DNA of 63,724 bases, filler included, from Bigelowiella natans CCMP2755 (GCA_000320545.1; 9 parts of 9 records of this genome joined end to end with filler, not necessarily neighbours in it), one strand, 5' to 3'. Counted from the first letter of the whole stretch, positions 13,702 to 27,152 are shown. Translations and numbers: made by a program. The notes: a model not told the origin generated them from the letters alone.

Positions 13702-13982
13702 GCATAGGCACGTGGGTTCCGGCGGGACTCATGGCAGCACACCGGAAGTGTGCTGCCCCACGTGCGGCGGCATTCGCGAAAGCTTCGCGAATGATTACGC
13801 AGTGCACGATTTAATAAAAATATAATCTTTAATAAAAATAAACACAACTCTTCAAAAGGAAGCAAACGTGCCTTTCCCCCCCCCTGCCTACTTGTGCACG
13901 TAGCGCCTCGGCCTGTGAACACCTTACGCGCAACAACCTTTGGCTTCCACACACGGGAAACGATTTGACTAACAATGTCACA
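13702..13982 (-). repeat. dispersed repeat copy 1 (LTR- or transposon-end-like)
   Basis: Reverse complement of 55092-55363 with high but imperfect identity. On the minus strand it begins TGTGACATTGTTAGTCAAATCGTTTCCCGTGTGTGGAAGCCAAAGG and abuts a gap. Confidence 0.85.
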
Positions 13983-14082
13983 NNNNNNNNNNNNNNNNNN
14001 NNNNNNNNNNNNNNNNNNNNNNNNNNTTAATTAATTAANNNNNNNNNNNNNNNNNNNNNNNNNNNNNNNNNNNNNNNNNNNN

Positions 14083-14327
14083 TGCCACTTCTGGCGCATA
14101 TGGATGCGGCGAAGGTAGAGATTCCCAGCCCTTTCGAGTTATACACACACGGTGAAGTCAGTAAGGAAGGGAGGGGGGAGGGGGGAATAAATGGACGCTG
14201 GGAGGATAACGAGTAGCAAAATTACGCTCGCGCCGCGCAAATATAAACACACATAAACACGCACACACATATGCACTCACACACACATACACACGTACAC
14301 ACGCACTTACACAGACACAGAAACACA

Positions 14328-14403
<76 letters not shown>

Positions 14404-14603
14404 AACACACAAGCACGCACGTACACACATCGTTCCAAACGGTATAGTTAATCCAAAAGCGGATATACGTTACGAATGAGCGCGCGCGTGCTTGAAACAT
14501 ACGGTGGCAACCACCTTTGCAGCAGCGGTAAACTTGAGACGCTTTTCCCTCCTTACGCCTATGAATCGCTCCATCTGCGTCCAGCCAGTAATATTATCCA
14601 TAA

Positions 14604-14676
<73 letters not shown>

Positions 14677-15673
14677 TATATATGTGCATAAATATTTATA
14701 TCTATATGTATTTTACTCATATTCATATGTCTATTCATTTACATGTGCGAGTGTGTGCGTGTGCGTGCTCGTGCTGCGCTCGCTCTTGCATATAAGTAAA
14801 AGTATCAAAAAGGAATTCGGGATCAAATCACAGTAAATTTGCATAGGTGTGCAACTCGCTCTGGCCCCCTCTGACCTCAAGAGGGATCTCCCCAAAGAGC
14901 GGATATTCCGATTTCTGTGTGAAGATGGGGTCGCGTCGCTTGAAACGACTTCGTGGCGGCTGACAGTGTTGTTACGTGTTACACACGTCGGGAAGATGGG
15001 ATATCGTTCAAAAATCCGAGTTGTAGTATTTCGAGCACAGAAAAAAAAAAGAAAGCACAAGGGGCCACATCCAACACCCACATCGACGACGGCAGTGATG
15101 AAAGTTAAAGCGAAAACGAGAACGATGGTGATGGTGGTGGTGGTGATGATGATGATGATGATGATGTTAAGGGTGCAGAGGCATTGTGGGAATCAACATC
15201 CTTGCGGTGGGCCTGGCATTCGTCCGCTGCTGTTATTTATTATCTCTGGCTACATATTATATATGGTGATGCCTTTTTGCTGCCAACCGTTTCGCAGAGC
15301 TCCTGTTTCTCGATTAGCTGCACGATGTCTCCATCCACGGGGGTAAGCCTGAATATCGCCCGCCGCGATGCATTCGCAGCGTACTGGCCTGACAATTGAA
15401 CCAAAGCAGACAGTTATTACGGTTAGACGAAACGGCGGCGCAAGGAGAAGGAGGAGGCGGAGGAGAGTGGGTTTTGATATACGATCGATGAAAAATAGGC
15501 GAGGAAAATGATTCGGTGCAACCGGTCCCCCACGCTACCATCTTAGTGTGTGTGCACACGACCTTGTCGAAGGTTCTTTACTAGCTGTAGAGTGTCGACC
15601 TATAGGATTATGATAGATTCGCCGTTGTTCGTATATTTATATATTATAGCACTCTGGAGCTATGAAAAAAGAA

Positions 15674-15723
<50 letters not shown>

Positions 15724-16036
15724 GAGGAGGAGGAGGAGGAGGAGGAGGAGGAGGAGGGAGGGGGAAAGAGCGAAAGACACGTTTATTTTTCAATAATACG
15801 TTCGATTCTATGACTTCGTTCTATAACGAATTTAGGTATATGCATACATGTACTACCCTCGGCTGCACGCCCCAGTTTCGCTTAAGACCCACGTCGTAGT
15901 GAAACCCAATCTTCTCCTTCTCCTCGCCGCGTTCCAACCCATCAAAGTCCTCTTGCTCGTCAACACCGATCTCGTGGTTGGTTTTTGTACGGCTCTTCGG
16001 CCCGTCTTCTTTCGGGTCAAAGATCTCATACTCCAT
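14083..16036 (-). CDS. hypothetical protein, multi-exon (partial)
   Basis: Exon-like segments flanked by AG/GT between microsatellite introns: [14 protein letters not shown]...[59 protein letters not shown]. No recognisable domain. Confidence 0.45.
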
Positions 16037-17243
16037 ATCATCAAACGCGTTGCTCCGGGGGGGGGGCGTCCTGAGAGTGTAGCGCGGGGGAAAGATGACA
16101 TGGATAGTGAAGACTAATGATCATTTTCAATTTAGAAGTGAGATGGTAATTGCGTCTCGCCATCATAATCGTCCCCTATCCCCCACCAATATTCCGTGCG
16201 GCTACTACCCTACTTTTCTCCGGGCTGTGAGGAGAGCCATCTCTCCCCTTCTAGCGTTTCCATACACACTACCGCCGGATAGGGGCAGCCTGCACGGTTT
16301 ATTTCTAAATTTTCTATATCTTTGTGTTGCAATTAAATGTGTGGGGCGAGAGAGGGGTCTTGTCGGGGTGGCGAAGAGAAGGGCCATGAGGCCCCACAGG
16401 CCCACAGCCATTCCCGGAATTTTGAAAACCTAAAATATCGATATTTAACGGCGAAAAATGGTAGAAACCCAAGCGATTTCTTGCATTCCATATATAATAT
16501 TAAATTACACCTATACAAAGTTATGACGACAACGTAGGGAACTTGTCGATACCAATTTAGACGGGCAACCGAGAAAATAATACCTAACTAATAAATGCGG
16601 TCGTGGAAAATGTCCCAAATTTCATCCTGCCGAGAAAAAAATTTTGGCTGTGAAAAAAACGGTTTGGCTAAAAACGCGGGAAGTTTCTCGGGAAATTCAG
16701 ATTGCATTGTACGGCCTTTTTGCGTTTTTAATTCTAAATGATCAATAAAAAGGATGTTTAAGGCACATAATTTGATACCTACGACATAATTTGGGATGGA
16801 CCGTTGACATTTAAGTCTTAAAGCGCTGCCCTCTTCCAACACACAAAACCCAGCGACGCCTTTCCCCCACCAGCACCTGCTCAATCTCCTAAGTAGCTAT
16901 TTAACATTCATTTTTGTATTCAACCATTCGCCACAATTTTTTGTGCGATTCGTAGAATTTCATATTATCCCAAGAGGCAAGTTGTGCTCTCTCCTCTTCC
17001 CCCCCGCGGCTTGTTTTTCTTGTCACCCGCATAAGAGAATACTGGTTTCGTGTTCAACCTATGGTTTCCCTATCGCCGTATTGTTTATGTTTTCATATGC
17101 TTCTTTTTTGGGATGATACATATGTAATTTGAACTTAATGGTTTTTCTTCCTCAGAAAAAAACAAAGCGGAGCATTGCCTGAAAGAGCTTCAACCAATCG
17201 CCATTTGTAACTCTGTGCAAAGCGGATCGGGGAGTAAGTAAAG

Positions 17244-18215
17244 ATGATTCAAAATTTTAAAGGAGGACAGTCCGAGGAGTCTAAGGAGCGTCAGGCTAAG
17301 TTCAATAAAGCCCTGGGTTTCAAGACGGACAAACGTGCCCCAAAGAAGGGAGCGAAAGGCGACAGGCGCGTGAGGAAGGCGAGGCCAGTGGGTGGCGGAG
17401 GAGATATGGGTCTTGCGCAACAAATTATCGATCAAAATACTGGTGGCTTGAGTGAGTTTGGAGCTAAGTTGAGGGCTACGGCACCTTCCGTCCGTGCAGC
17501 CATGGAAAAGCTGAAGGTATTAAAAATACTTTAATTGGACTTGGGTTTCATTGGTTAACGGGTGCAGTTGACTCCGCATAGAGCCTCCCCATGTCCCTCC
17601 TTCGTTTTTTATCATATTTTCTCTTTGTTTGTATGTTTGTGTGTGTGTGCCTGCATGTGCGTCCGCGCGGTCGTCTAAGGCGAGACATGCAAATGACCTA
17701 GAGACTATGCATGAAACACTGTCGCTTCGCCACCCTCGCCTTTACAACGACACTCTATGCCTCGAGCATTTAGAATATAGCCTTATCATGCCTATTGAAC
17801 AGATGGGCGAACAAAAGGAGATTGTAGATCCCACAATTAAGGCCATCTCGAAGCAGCGGCCAGGAGAAGATCCCGAGAGCGACACCGATTCTGATTTCTC
17901 TGATGACGATGATGCTCTTGCGAAGATACGGAACAAACGCATAAGTGAGTTAAAACTAAAATCAAAGCTGAACGACGAATGGTTGAAGCGTGGTCACGGC
18001 AAATACCAAGAGATCGTGCAGGATGAATTCCTCTCTAACGTGACCGAAAGCAAGCACGTCATCTGCCACTTTTGGCACAAGGACTTCCAGCGATGCAAGA
18101 TTATGGATAAGGTGATTGATCAGTAGAAGTAAGCTGTTTGAGGAGGAAGAGGAAAATAGCCTTTATTTCTATGGAACATATACACGTGAACCCATGATTG
18201 TATGGGAATGAGACG

Positions 18216-18263
<48 letters not shown>

Positions 18264-18764
18264 AGTGAAGAGAAGAGGGGAAGTTAATAAAAATACCTGA
18301 ACGAATGATCGAAAGGTGAACGGTGGGGAGTAAAGAAGACCCGCCACTGTGAGAGAGGCCTCGAACAACAATTCTTTTCGCGATACGTCCAAAAAAAATA
18401 TATCAAAATTAACTATCCTGTGTTATGAACGCTGTTGATATTTCACCTTTAGCATCTTGAGGCTCTAGCTCGTAAGCATATGTGCGCCAAATTCGTTCAC
18501 ATCAACGCTGAAAAGTGCCCATTCTTCGTGCAAAAGTTGGCCATCCGCATGCTCCCCACGGTAGTGATGTTTATCGACGGTGTCGCCAAGGACAGAGTGG
18601 TCGGCTTTGAGGAGCTCGGAAGCACAGACGAATTTGACAACATTGTTTTAGAACGCCGCCTTGCGAAATCCGGGTGCATTCCTAAGCCGCCAGAGAAGAA
18701 AAAAGGCATCGTATGGGGTGGCATTCGGTCGAGAGAAGACGAAGATGATGAATTTGATTATTAG
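17244..18764 (+). CDS. TXNDC9: phosducin-like protein 3 / thioredoxin domain-containing protein 9 homolog, 3 exons (17244-17516, ~17803-18111, ~18453-18764)
   Basis: GHGKYQEIVQDEFLSNVTESKHVICHFWHKDFQRCKIMDK|HLEALARKHMCAKFVHINAEKCPFFVQKLAIRMLPTVVMFIDGVAKDRVVGFEELG is typical of PhLP3. The acidic stretch before it and the acidic C-terminus also fit. Confidence 0.9.
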
Positions 18765-19870
18765 AATGTAAAATAATAGTGTTGCCGTCGCCCCGTCTTT
18801 AAGCAAATCGTAATTGATAAGCAATACCTAGCAGTCGTCTCGAATTTACGTTGAGTATGGACATGCTATGTGAATAACTTGGAAGAAGGATCGCCATATG
18901 CTTGCTCTACGCCATTATGCTTGTAGTAGCTGTGCGCAGCATACCTAGAACGATGCGTGTGCGCGTAGGGGAAGGCCAATGATCCAGTTGATGCATGCTA
19001 GCATGTGTTGCTATCTAGCTATCTAGGTGTGTGCGAGCATTTGCCCCACATCCGACATTGCTTAGATTGATCAGATGGAGCGCGGCATGACCTTGTTCTG
19101 ACCTGCATGTCTGCTGCTAGCTGCTATAGCTGTGCTAGTGTGCATGACCTTTCTAGCTGTCGCTAACGCTGAACTAGTAATCCATAGTTATTCTTAAACA
19201 GTCAAGCAGCTAGTATGCACATTATGTGTCGATGACGGCCACAGCTGCCACACAGCTAGCAGACCGCGCGCGCTACACTACGCTAGCACGTGATCACGTG
19301 GTGGCATGAGAGCATGCTGCAACCTAGCTCTAGCTGCCATTGCCGCACGTGGCAACCAAGCTTCCAGCCGGCATCAAATGCGCTATTTTGTGAAATCTGA
19401 TCATCCTTTCGTATTCATCAACGAGACCACTTCAATCATTCACTCTAGATTCATTCATTCATTGGCCAACACACAAGGCTGGCTAGCTGGTTTGACAGAA
19501 AACCTGTCTAGCTGTGGCGAAATGATGTTTTGTGGTGTAACGAACTTGTAACTGCCATCCCCCCCTCCCGCATTTAATTACTAGACCTCGCAATCTTTAG
19601 GGGTTAATGAGCCCATCCTCCTCGACTCGTACAGAAAGAAAGAAGTTGATTTCGATGGAGCGGTTGTAGGGACTCGGCTGATCAGTTCCAGAGTTTCATT
19701 CGATTTCATAAGAACGACAATTGAAAATCATTGTCGCATATTATTTTTAGTCATAGTTTTGCCCTTCTATGGACTTAATGCTACGTTTCTTCTTTGTATG
19801 TTATTACTTCCGATGTCGCAACTAGAATTTGCCATTCGTTTGTCAAATTTCGAACAATTTCCGGGACGAA

Positions 19871-21137
19871 ATGGAGTCGCTCTCGTGGTCGTCGGCGATG
19901 AGGTCCACAGAGCTCTGCCATATGAATTTCTTCGGGCGCGCCCTTTAGTATATGCATCAAATACTGACAATTTGAATGCGTTTGCGAGATTTGACTCAAG
20001 TTACTAACGGTGAGCTCCCTCCCCCTCCTTTACAAAAATCCAGGCTCGTTGCGGCCTTCCTGGTGGTCTTAGGTATGAAGCTGCACTAAAAATATCGAAG
20101 CTGGAGTCAATAGGGGTTAGGGATGAACATTAGCAAAGAAGGGTTTTAATTCAAAATATAAAGGGCAACGGCGCGTAGATTGTGCTTTCTCTCCCCCCCC
20201 CCCCCCCTTTACCGAGCTCCGAGTGGTCGGTAGCTTCTCTTGTTTGATTGTAATATATCTGAATACACTGTCTATGGCAAGCTCCGCTGAGCGCGGCTCA
20301 ACACGTCCGTGCGAGGCCTCGCGATGGCATTGCCCCTTCAAATCTGCAGAAAAAGGCTCTCGTCCTACCCCGTCAGCCTCCCCGTCTGGGGAGATATGTA
20401 GAGCCGTCTCCCCGTAGTGCTCTTGTGAGGGCTGCAGCAGGGCAACGTCAGGTACGACTTCTAAGAGGGGTTGCAGCAAAGCGGAATATTATTCGACCCA
20501 ACGCTGGATCTGCGGAGCCATACGTCTCAGGAAACCAGCTTCCCACGGTATAACGCACAACACTCACTGTGTAGTAGGAGGAGGGCATCAGCGCTGCGAA
20601 GGACCCTGCGCTCCTGTATCACACCATTACTATGTTTTCGACTTGTGGTTCTCAGACACACTCCCACGTGTGCGCGCGCACGCACAAACGATGACACGCG
20701 CGGTTTGTCTGTCTGTTTTGGTATGTAAATACGCTCTCAGCCAAATGCCCAATCGTCTGGGTTCTTCCCGGCTGTCGGGGACATTGCACGCCTACCGGTT
20801 AGCAGGCATGCGCCAAACGATACGACCTGTTTGTGTAGCATGATCCCNNNNNNNNNNNNNNNNNNNNNNNNNNNNNNNNNNNNNNNNNNNNTTAATTAAT
20901 TAANNNNNNNNNNNNNNNNNNNNNNNNNNNNNNNNNNNNNNNNNNNNGCGCACGCGCGCTCTCGCACGAAGTGGGGGGGGGGAGTCAAAGAAAGAGAATT
21001 TTTTGTATGTGTGTGTGATTTGGGGATCCTCCTGAGATCTGGAAATCGAAAGCATTTTTTTGTGGGGGGGGGGGGGGGGGGGGGGGGCAAGCAGTCTTCT
21101 GATACGTGGTATGCTATAGAGAATTTAAGCAAAAGTG

Positions 21138-21180
<43 letters not shown>

Positions 21181-21845
21181 TGTTGTACACAAATCTTATT
21201 TACGAACACACACACACGCGCGGTTGTGTTTGCTATCACCTCGTTCTTTCCAAGCATAATCGTTCTTTCCAAGCATAATGACCCTTATACATCGCACCCA
21301 TATTCTCCGCAGAAAACAGCGGCGAAGTGGCTCAATCCGACAAGCGCCGAGGCTCCTGTCTGCCTCTCAGGAAGTAACTTAATTCTACGAATTCATCCGT
21401 GCTACGACTAAATATAGTAACAACATGTCAACCCAAAAAAATACAAACAAACAATTTATGCATGCTCAATGTTGGTATCGTCACGCGCGCGCGTGTGCGT
21501 TGTAAACAGCCGTATTCTTGTCGAACGTGGTGTGCTGGATGGGGATGCACAAGATCAGGGCAACTGCTCTAGCAAAGAGCGTTGTTGAAGTGCTCATGCC
21601 CTTCGCTCTGAACGCCCAGTCTGTCAATCAAACGGTAGGGAGGGTATAGAAAAGAAGAAGAAGAAGAAGGAGAGTTGAAGACACATGTATTAGTCGTGTT
21701 TAGAAGCGGAGGGAAAACAACAAAAAGAAAACCTTTCGTAATGATGTCTTCTGACGACTTCCAATGAGGCATCGTGAATGCCGCGCTCAAGCTATGAAGG
21801 ATTGTCCGATATCCATCTCCGCTTAATTTACAACAAGCAAGTCTC

Positions 21846-21886
<41 letters not shown>

Positions 21887-22267
21887 GTCTGTCTGTCTCT
21901 CTTTTCCACCGCATACATAAGTGCCTCTTCTGCTGCTATATTCTTCTTCTTCTTCTGCTGCTGCTGCTGCTGCTGCACACAGGCTTTGTACTACGTGATA
22001 GTCGCCCTGGCCGGAGTCACAATGTGCGACGATCAAGCTAAGGTGGAGAGCTTGCTGCTACTACCGCTGCTGCTACCACTACTGCTACTATAACGACTAT
22101 GACCCTCACACTCTCCTCTTCTAACCCGCTAACCTGAATGAACGAATCGATAGGCTCTGGTGGCTTCTCAAGGCGCTGCTGCGGTTGCAGCTATTAGCTC
22201 CTCGTCGATGACGGACGCCACCAAAGAAGCGCTCTCTGACTTCAAGAAAGTCCTCGGGCTGGCATGA
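19871..22267 (+). CDS. hypothetical protein with bipartite plastid-targeting leader, multi-exon, spans a gap
   Basis: MESLSWSSAMR|LVAAFLVVL signal peptide, then an R/A/S-rich exon (PLSAAQHVRARPRDG...SALVRAAAGQRQVRLLRGVAAKRNIIRPNA). The C-terminal exons read ALYYVIVALAGVTMCDDQAK|ALVASQGAAAVAAISSSSMTDATKEALSDFKKVLGLA*. Middle exon phases are unresolved. Confidence 0.55.
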
Positions 22268-23229
22268 TGAGACATATAGGCGATGATGGAGGGGAGTTAT
22301 TTCGAGTAAGTTTGCCTGAATGTTAATAGCATGAATAATGCAGTAGCGTAGGTTATCATGATGCATTCTATCGCAGCATGACGAATGCTAGAACAAGGAA
22401 TAGTTATGGTTGCTACGAATTAGCATACCTGCAATACCACCTCTGCTAGACTGATTCCTTGATTGTGATGTATGCTCGGGCGTATCTGCGTGCATCGTAA
22501 CTGCATCTATATGTCGCATAGTCTAGATAGTGCATATGGCGCGATTTCACCGACTCATGCGCATGCCCGTGCTAGCATGCATGCAGTGTTGCTGCATCGT
22601 GAGCACAGCTATAGACAGCTGATGACAGCATGCAGCATGTCCGGATGTGAGCCCCCTGCTAGCCTGCCGACGCTTTCCTCGAATTATCTCATTATTGCCA
22701 TCAGCTAGCTAGCTAGTCAGTTTACAACTCGCCACCTCTAGCTAGACCTAGCTAGCTAGCTGCATTGCTACAAATTACGATTGTATTATAGTATGTGCGA
22801 TATGTCCCATGCACATGCTGATGAATGTCTAGATGTATAGCAGTATGTAGATATTTTCGTCATTGTTATCGATCGACGCGGCAATAGCTCAGTCTACATA
22901 GCAGTGTATGTACATTTGAATGGCAATCTTAATAAGTTAGCTGTACACAAATAACGTACCGTGGACACAAACAATATGCACCGTATGATCCACCCATACT
23001 GGCATGCATGCATGCAAAAATAACAATGACAGCAACAATAGCACAGAGCCATACTGTCTACAGAAAAAAGTGCACTCCTCCTCAACAGCTACAGTTTACA
23101 CACGGCAAGCAACTTTCAATTCCGTATATTCTGCATCGAGCGAGTCATGTTCTTAACGAGAAGATATCACACCCGTATATCTTCATCATGGCTATATCTA
23201 GATATGTTCTTTGCTCTTGCTCCACGCAA

Positions 23230-24252
23230 TCACAACCTCACATCCTTGAAAAGCTCTTTATGCTCGTCTGGGATACCTAGCATTGTGACGACGGCAGCAA
23301 TGGACACCTCATCAATAACACGCGATTTGACACTAAACTGAGCAAGGAACAACTGCTTACATAGTGGCTTCGGCTTCCCTCCCTTAGCTATAAAAGGGAT
23401 CCATTTGAGAGGCTCGCTTGCGCTCCTAACAAGTTCGTGGATGATGTTGTCGACGCAACTGGAAAGCGCGTTTCTGAGCGTTTCGTCGTAGCCGCTTATT
23501 GCGCGGACATGTGAAAGGCAAGACACGTTGGAAGGCAATGATAAAACCTGAACTTCAGAGCCTTCGCCTTGTCCTCCAGCTCGTCCGCAGATACCTTGCA
23601 ACCGACCATCCAAGTTAGCGCTTTGAAGTAAGTATGGGAGAGTGTGGGGAAAGAGATATGGTAGTGTACCCAAACAGCCCCTGCTGATTCGTAGTCGGGA
23701 AACGTTTTCGGCACGGATTTCTGAGACACAGCCAATGCGTAGGTAGGTGGCCATGCATGCTATGCTATGCTATGCTATACTGTGCTGTGTGAAACGGCGA
23801 CGAAGAACAACTGAAAAACAGCAGCAGCTGCAGCAGCAACAACAACAATAAAAACAGCTGCACCCGAAATACCACCTCGTCGACAAGCTCAGCATAGAAT
23901 GTAACCCTTCTCCAATACGCGCCTATCATCATCATAACCAACCCATCCCCCCGTGTGAAAACAGCGAGTATTATAGTCATCGTAAGCGGGTATTTTGGCA
24001 GCGGCGGCAGTGACCTTTCGCCAAGACCTCCAGGATTCCCTGAAATTACACACACGCAACGGCGTAGACATCAACATACGATAGGATGTTAGGCGGCAGA
24101 GACGTCTTCTTCTACCTTGATCTCGATATGCACTCCAGCTTCCTCCTTGCACTCACGAATGACCCCATCTCTCAGCGACTCTCCTGATCGTTTAGTAGTC
24201 TTCAATACTTGCGCCCGAAAAAATAATGGGGCGTGGTATGTAGTTTATGGTA

Positions 24253-24285
<33 letters not shown>

Positions 24286-24368
24286 ACAACGAGAATGACA
24301 ACTACCAGGGTCAAGCTGCCCGCCCGGAAGCCAGAATCCAGTTTCAGCAAACTGTGGAATATAGTGTA

Positions 24369-24408
<40 letters not shown>

Positions 24409-24613
24409 AAACGCATATCCCATGCATGCACGCACCACAATGAGTAGTTCCGTCAGCTAGCAACCAGCGGCGTGAAAAATGGATCGCTTGGCAAGACTCG
24501 TGGAATATCATCATCACCATCACTATCATCGATGGGTAGTGCTACAAACCTCTTGCGTCATCAGGAATCTCCCATCCCCCCTTCTGCACACGGCCTTCAA
24601 AGTTACATATATG

Positions 24614-24658
<45 letters not shown>

Positions 24659-24749
24659 GTAGATGCATGTGACAGTTATTCGGTTTGGTCAAAAGTCTCT
24701 TCCCAAATAGACTCGGAATGAAGCAAGAATGGTGCCTCCGTGTGATCTC

Positions 24750-24801
<52 letters not shown>

Positions 24802-24998
24802 AGTGTGTGGATGTGCGTGTGCGTGTGGGTGCATTATTACCAGAGCGAACACCCCGCTCCTTTTCTCCTGTTTGGAACATTTCCGATCCCGAATGTCATT
24901 TATATTTCCACGCGCACATAAAGACACACACACACACACACACACACACGCGCGCGCACTCACTGTGCTTAAAGACTCTTGTTGTCGTCATACACACA

Positions 24999-25037
<39 letters not shown>

Positions 25038-25212
25038 CTTTTCGATGATTCCTTTGGCGACGGGGCCGTGGTGGTTGCGGTAATGAACCTAGTAGCAGGA
25101 TGATAATAACTAAATACAAGGCATAATGTTGATAGCTATGAAAGAATATGAATGGCAGTCTCTCCACACTCCTACCTACCTGCAGATTTGGGGGCATAAC
25201 CTACACACACAC

Positions 25213-25256
<44 letters not shown>

Positions 25257-27152
25257 GCAGCCAGAATGTTAAATTGCGAGAGATGATGGGATGGGGACGA
25301 GGAGGCCACGAAAACATGCCAGAAACTTCAGATATACCTTTTTGCAAACAGGGCATTCATGAAGCCTGTTGTTCTTATGATTGACCTGGACACACACACA
25401 AATGAAAGTTCCAACATGTTCTTACGCGAACAACCCCCCCCTCCCCCCCCGAGAGCTATGATTTGTGCGAAGTGGTAGTGCAGTAACTCACATGATACAA
25501 TTGAAGATGGTACCACATCTCATCCTCACTGAAGCGTCCGACGTTGCACCAACTACCAGGGAGGGAGGGAGAGAAAGGGGGGGGGGAGACAGACGCAAAG
25601 ATGTATATTAATATAACATACTACCAATGTTGCTTGTCCTCTTCAAACCTGTACGGACACTCCAAACCCCCTCTCTCCTCGTTGCCCTGATGATTGCACA
25701 GCATAACATTTCTGCGGTCAGTTTTCGCCGCGTTTTTATTTATCTTAGACATGATATTCCCGATTCGATGTTTTGAGCGTCACCCTGTCGCCTATCAGCT
25801 TCAGTGCCTTCATAGTCGGCTGGAACTGGTAGGTAACCATGTTCGCACCTTTTTTTGTAAAATTGAATAAATTACATGGCTTCGGGAGAGTCGAAAGAGT
25901 GAGGAGGGTTCCCTCGGGTTTACATCCCATCGGCTAATCTAGAAATAAGCTACTCCTACTTATTGCTGCTGCTGCTGCTGCTACTACTATTACTACTACT
26001 CACCGTGTCTCCACGCCTTTTGGCGAAAGAAGGCGTCCTATGGGGGAATATGATCTATTTTAAGAAAAAGGCGCAGCTGGTACTATTGCTGCTTCATGTG
26101 GTATTATTTGAAAATGCGGCAGCTAGTTCGGCCCAGCATCAGCCGTCGCCGTCTATGTCACATCTCATCATCGATCGTGGATCATGCAACACCTCAGTCG
26201 CATCAGGGTGCTGTGAGATTATGAAAACGTCTTTCGACCCACGGCGGATGATATCAGAGCACTGTGATAGGAAAGAGTCAGTGTTGCTGCGCAGTAATGA
26301 TGAATTAAAAAAAAAAAAAACCTTGTAAACAGTGTCTTTCCCCCCCGTCGTACATATTAATACACAAGCTGCGTCCTGAATAGATTTTGATATTGTTATC
26401 GGTATGCATCCCACAGGTATACATACGTAATGAATTCTGTAGTAGAAACAATTCTATATTGGCACCACACGCACCTACATATTCAGACAACCAAACACAC
26501 ATCTTTACATAATCATTTGGAGACATCATTAAGGGATAGGACAACCTTGACTTCGGTTTGGAGGCTTTCATCCTTCATGAACTTTAAAAAATTCATAATT
26601 AAAAGACCATTCTGAACCTATTGCTACCAATAACTCACGTCATTAATCTCGAGTTTCTTTGCACGAAATGTGCCTAGCTGCTTTATCTGCAAAATAAATA
26701 ATCGCTCAGCTAGATGAAATGTTTTTAACTTCGGTGCAATATTGCTTAGATTTCAAGGTAAGTGAATGTACCTCATCCTCGTATGGAGTTATATCATCCT
26801 CTTCTTCTAGGATGATGATGATTTTTTTCTTCTATTGTAAATCGTGAAACGTGATCGATAAATCTAAATCGTTATAACAATTAAACTACCTTTGAGTTCT
26901 TCTTCTTTATTTCATCAAAATGATTCTTTAATCCTTCATTAGGCTGTAAACTGATGACTTGTTTCATGAGTCTTGAATCTTTATGGATTCCTACATGAAT
27001 ACGTCACACACACACACACACACACACACATAGAGAGAGAGAGAGAGAGAGAGATAGTGGGGAGGGGGGTGGCATGTAAATATATTTCTATTTTGAGCTA
27101 TCTTATTCTATTCACGAGTCACTCCCGAACGAAGCGTATCTCTAGATGTCAT
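23230..27152 (-). CDS. Nudix hydrolase with long N-terminal region, multi-exon
   Basis: Spliced Nudix box FWLPGGQLDP|GESLRDGVIRECKEEAGV (GX5EX7REUXEEXGU) at ~24125-24350. It is followed by WRRVTFYAELVDE, PKTFPDYESAGAVWV and RSASEPLKWIPFIAKGG. The upstream exons and the start (MTSRDTLRSG) are tentative. Confidence 0.8.

Noticed and set aside
14158-14836. Numerous ORFs with [16 protein letters not shown] runs here and throughout the ORF track
   Set aside because: They are translations of intronic microsatellites.
21510-21840. In-frame TGA codons and phase conflicts suggesting stop-codon reassignment or selenocysteine
   Set aside because: Other genes are read with the standard code (TGG for Trp, TGA used as a stop). 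The conflict is more simply explained by unresolved splice sites or a homopolymer error.
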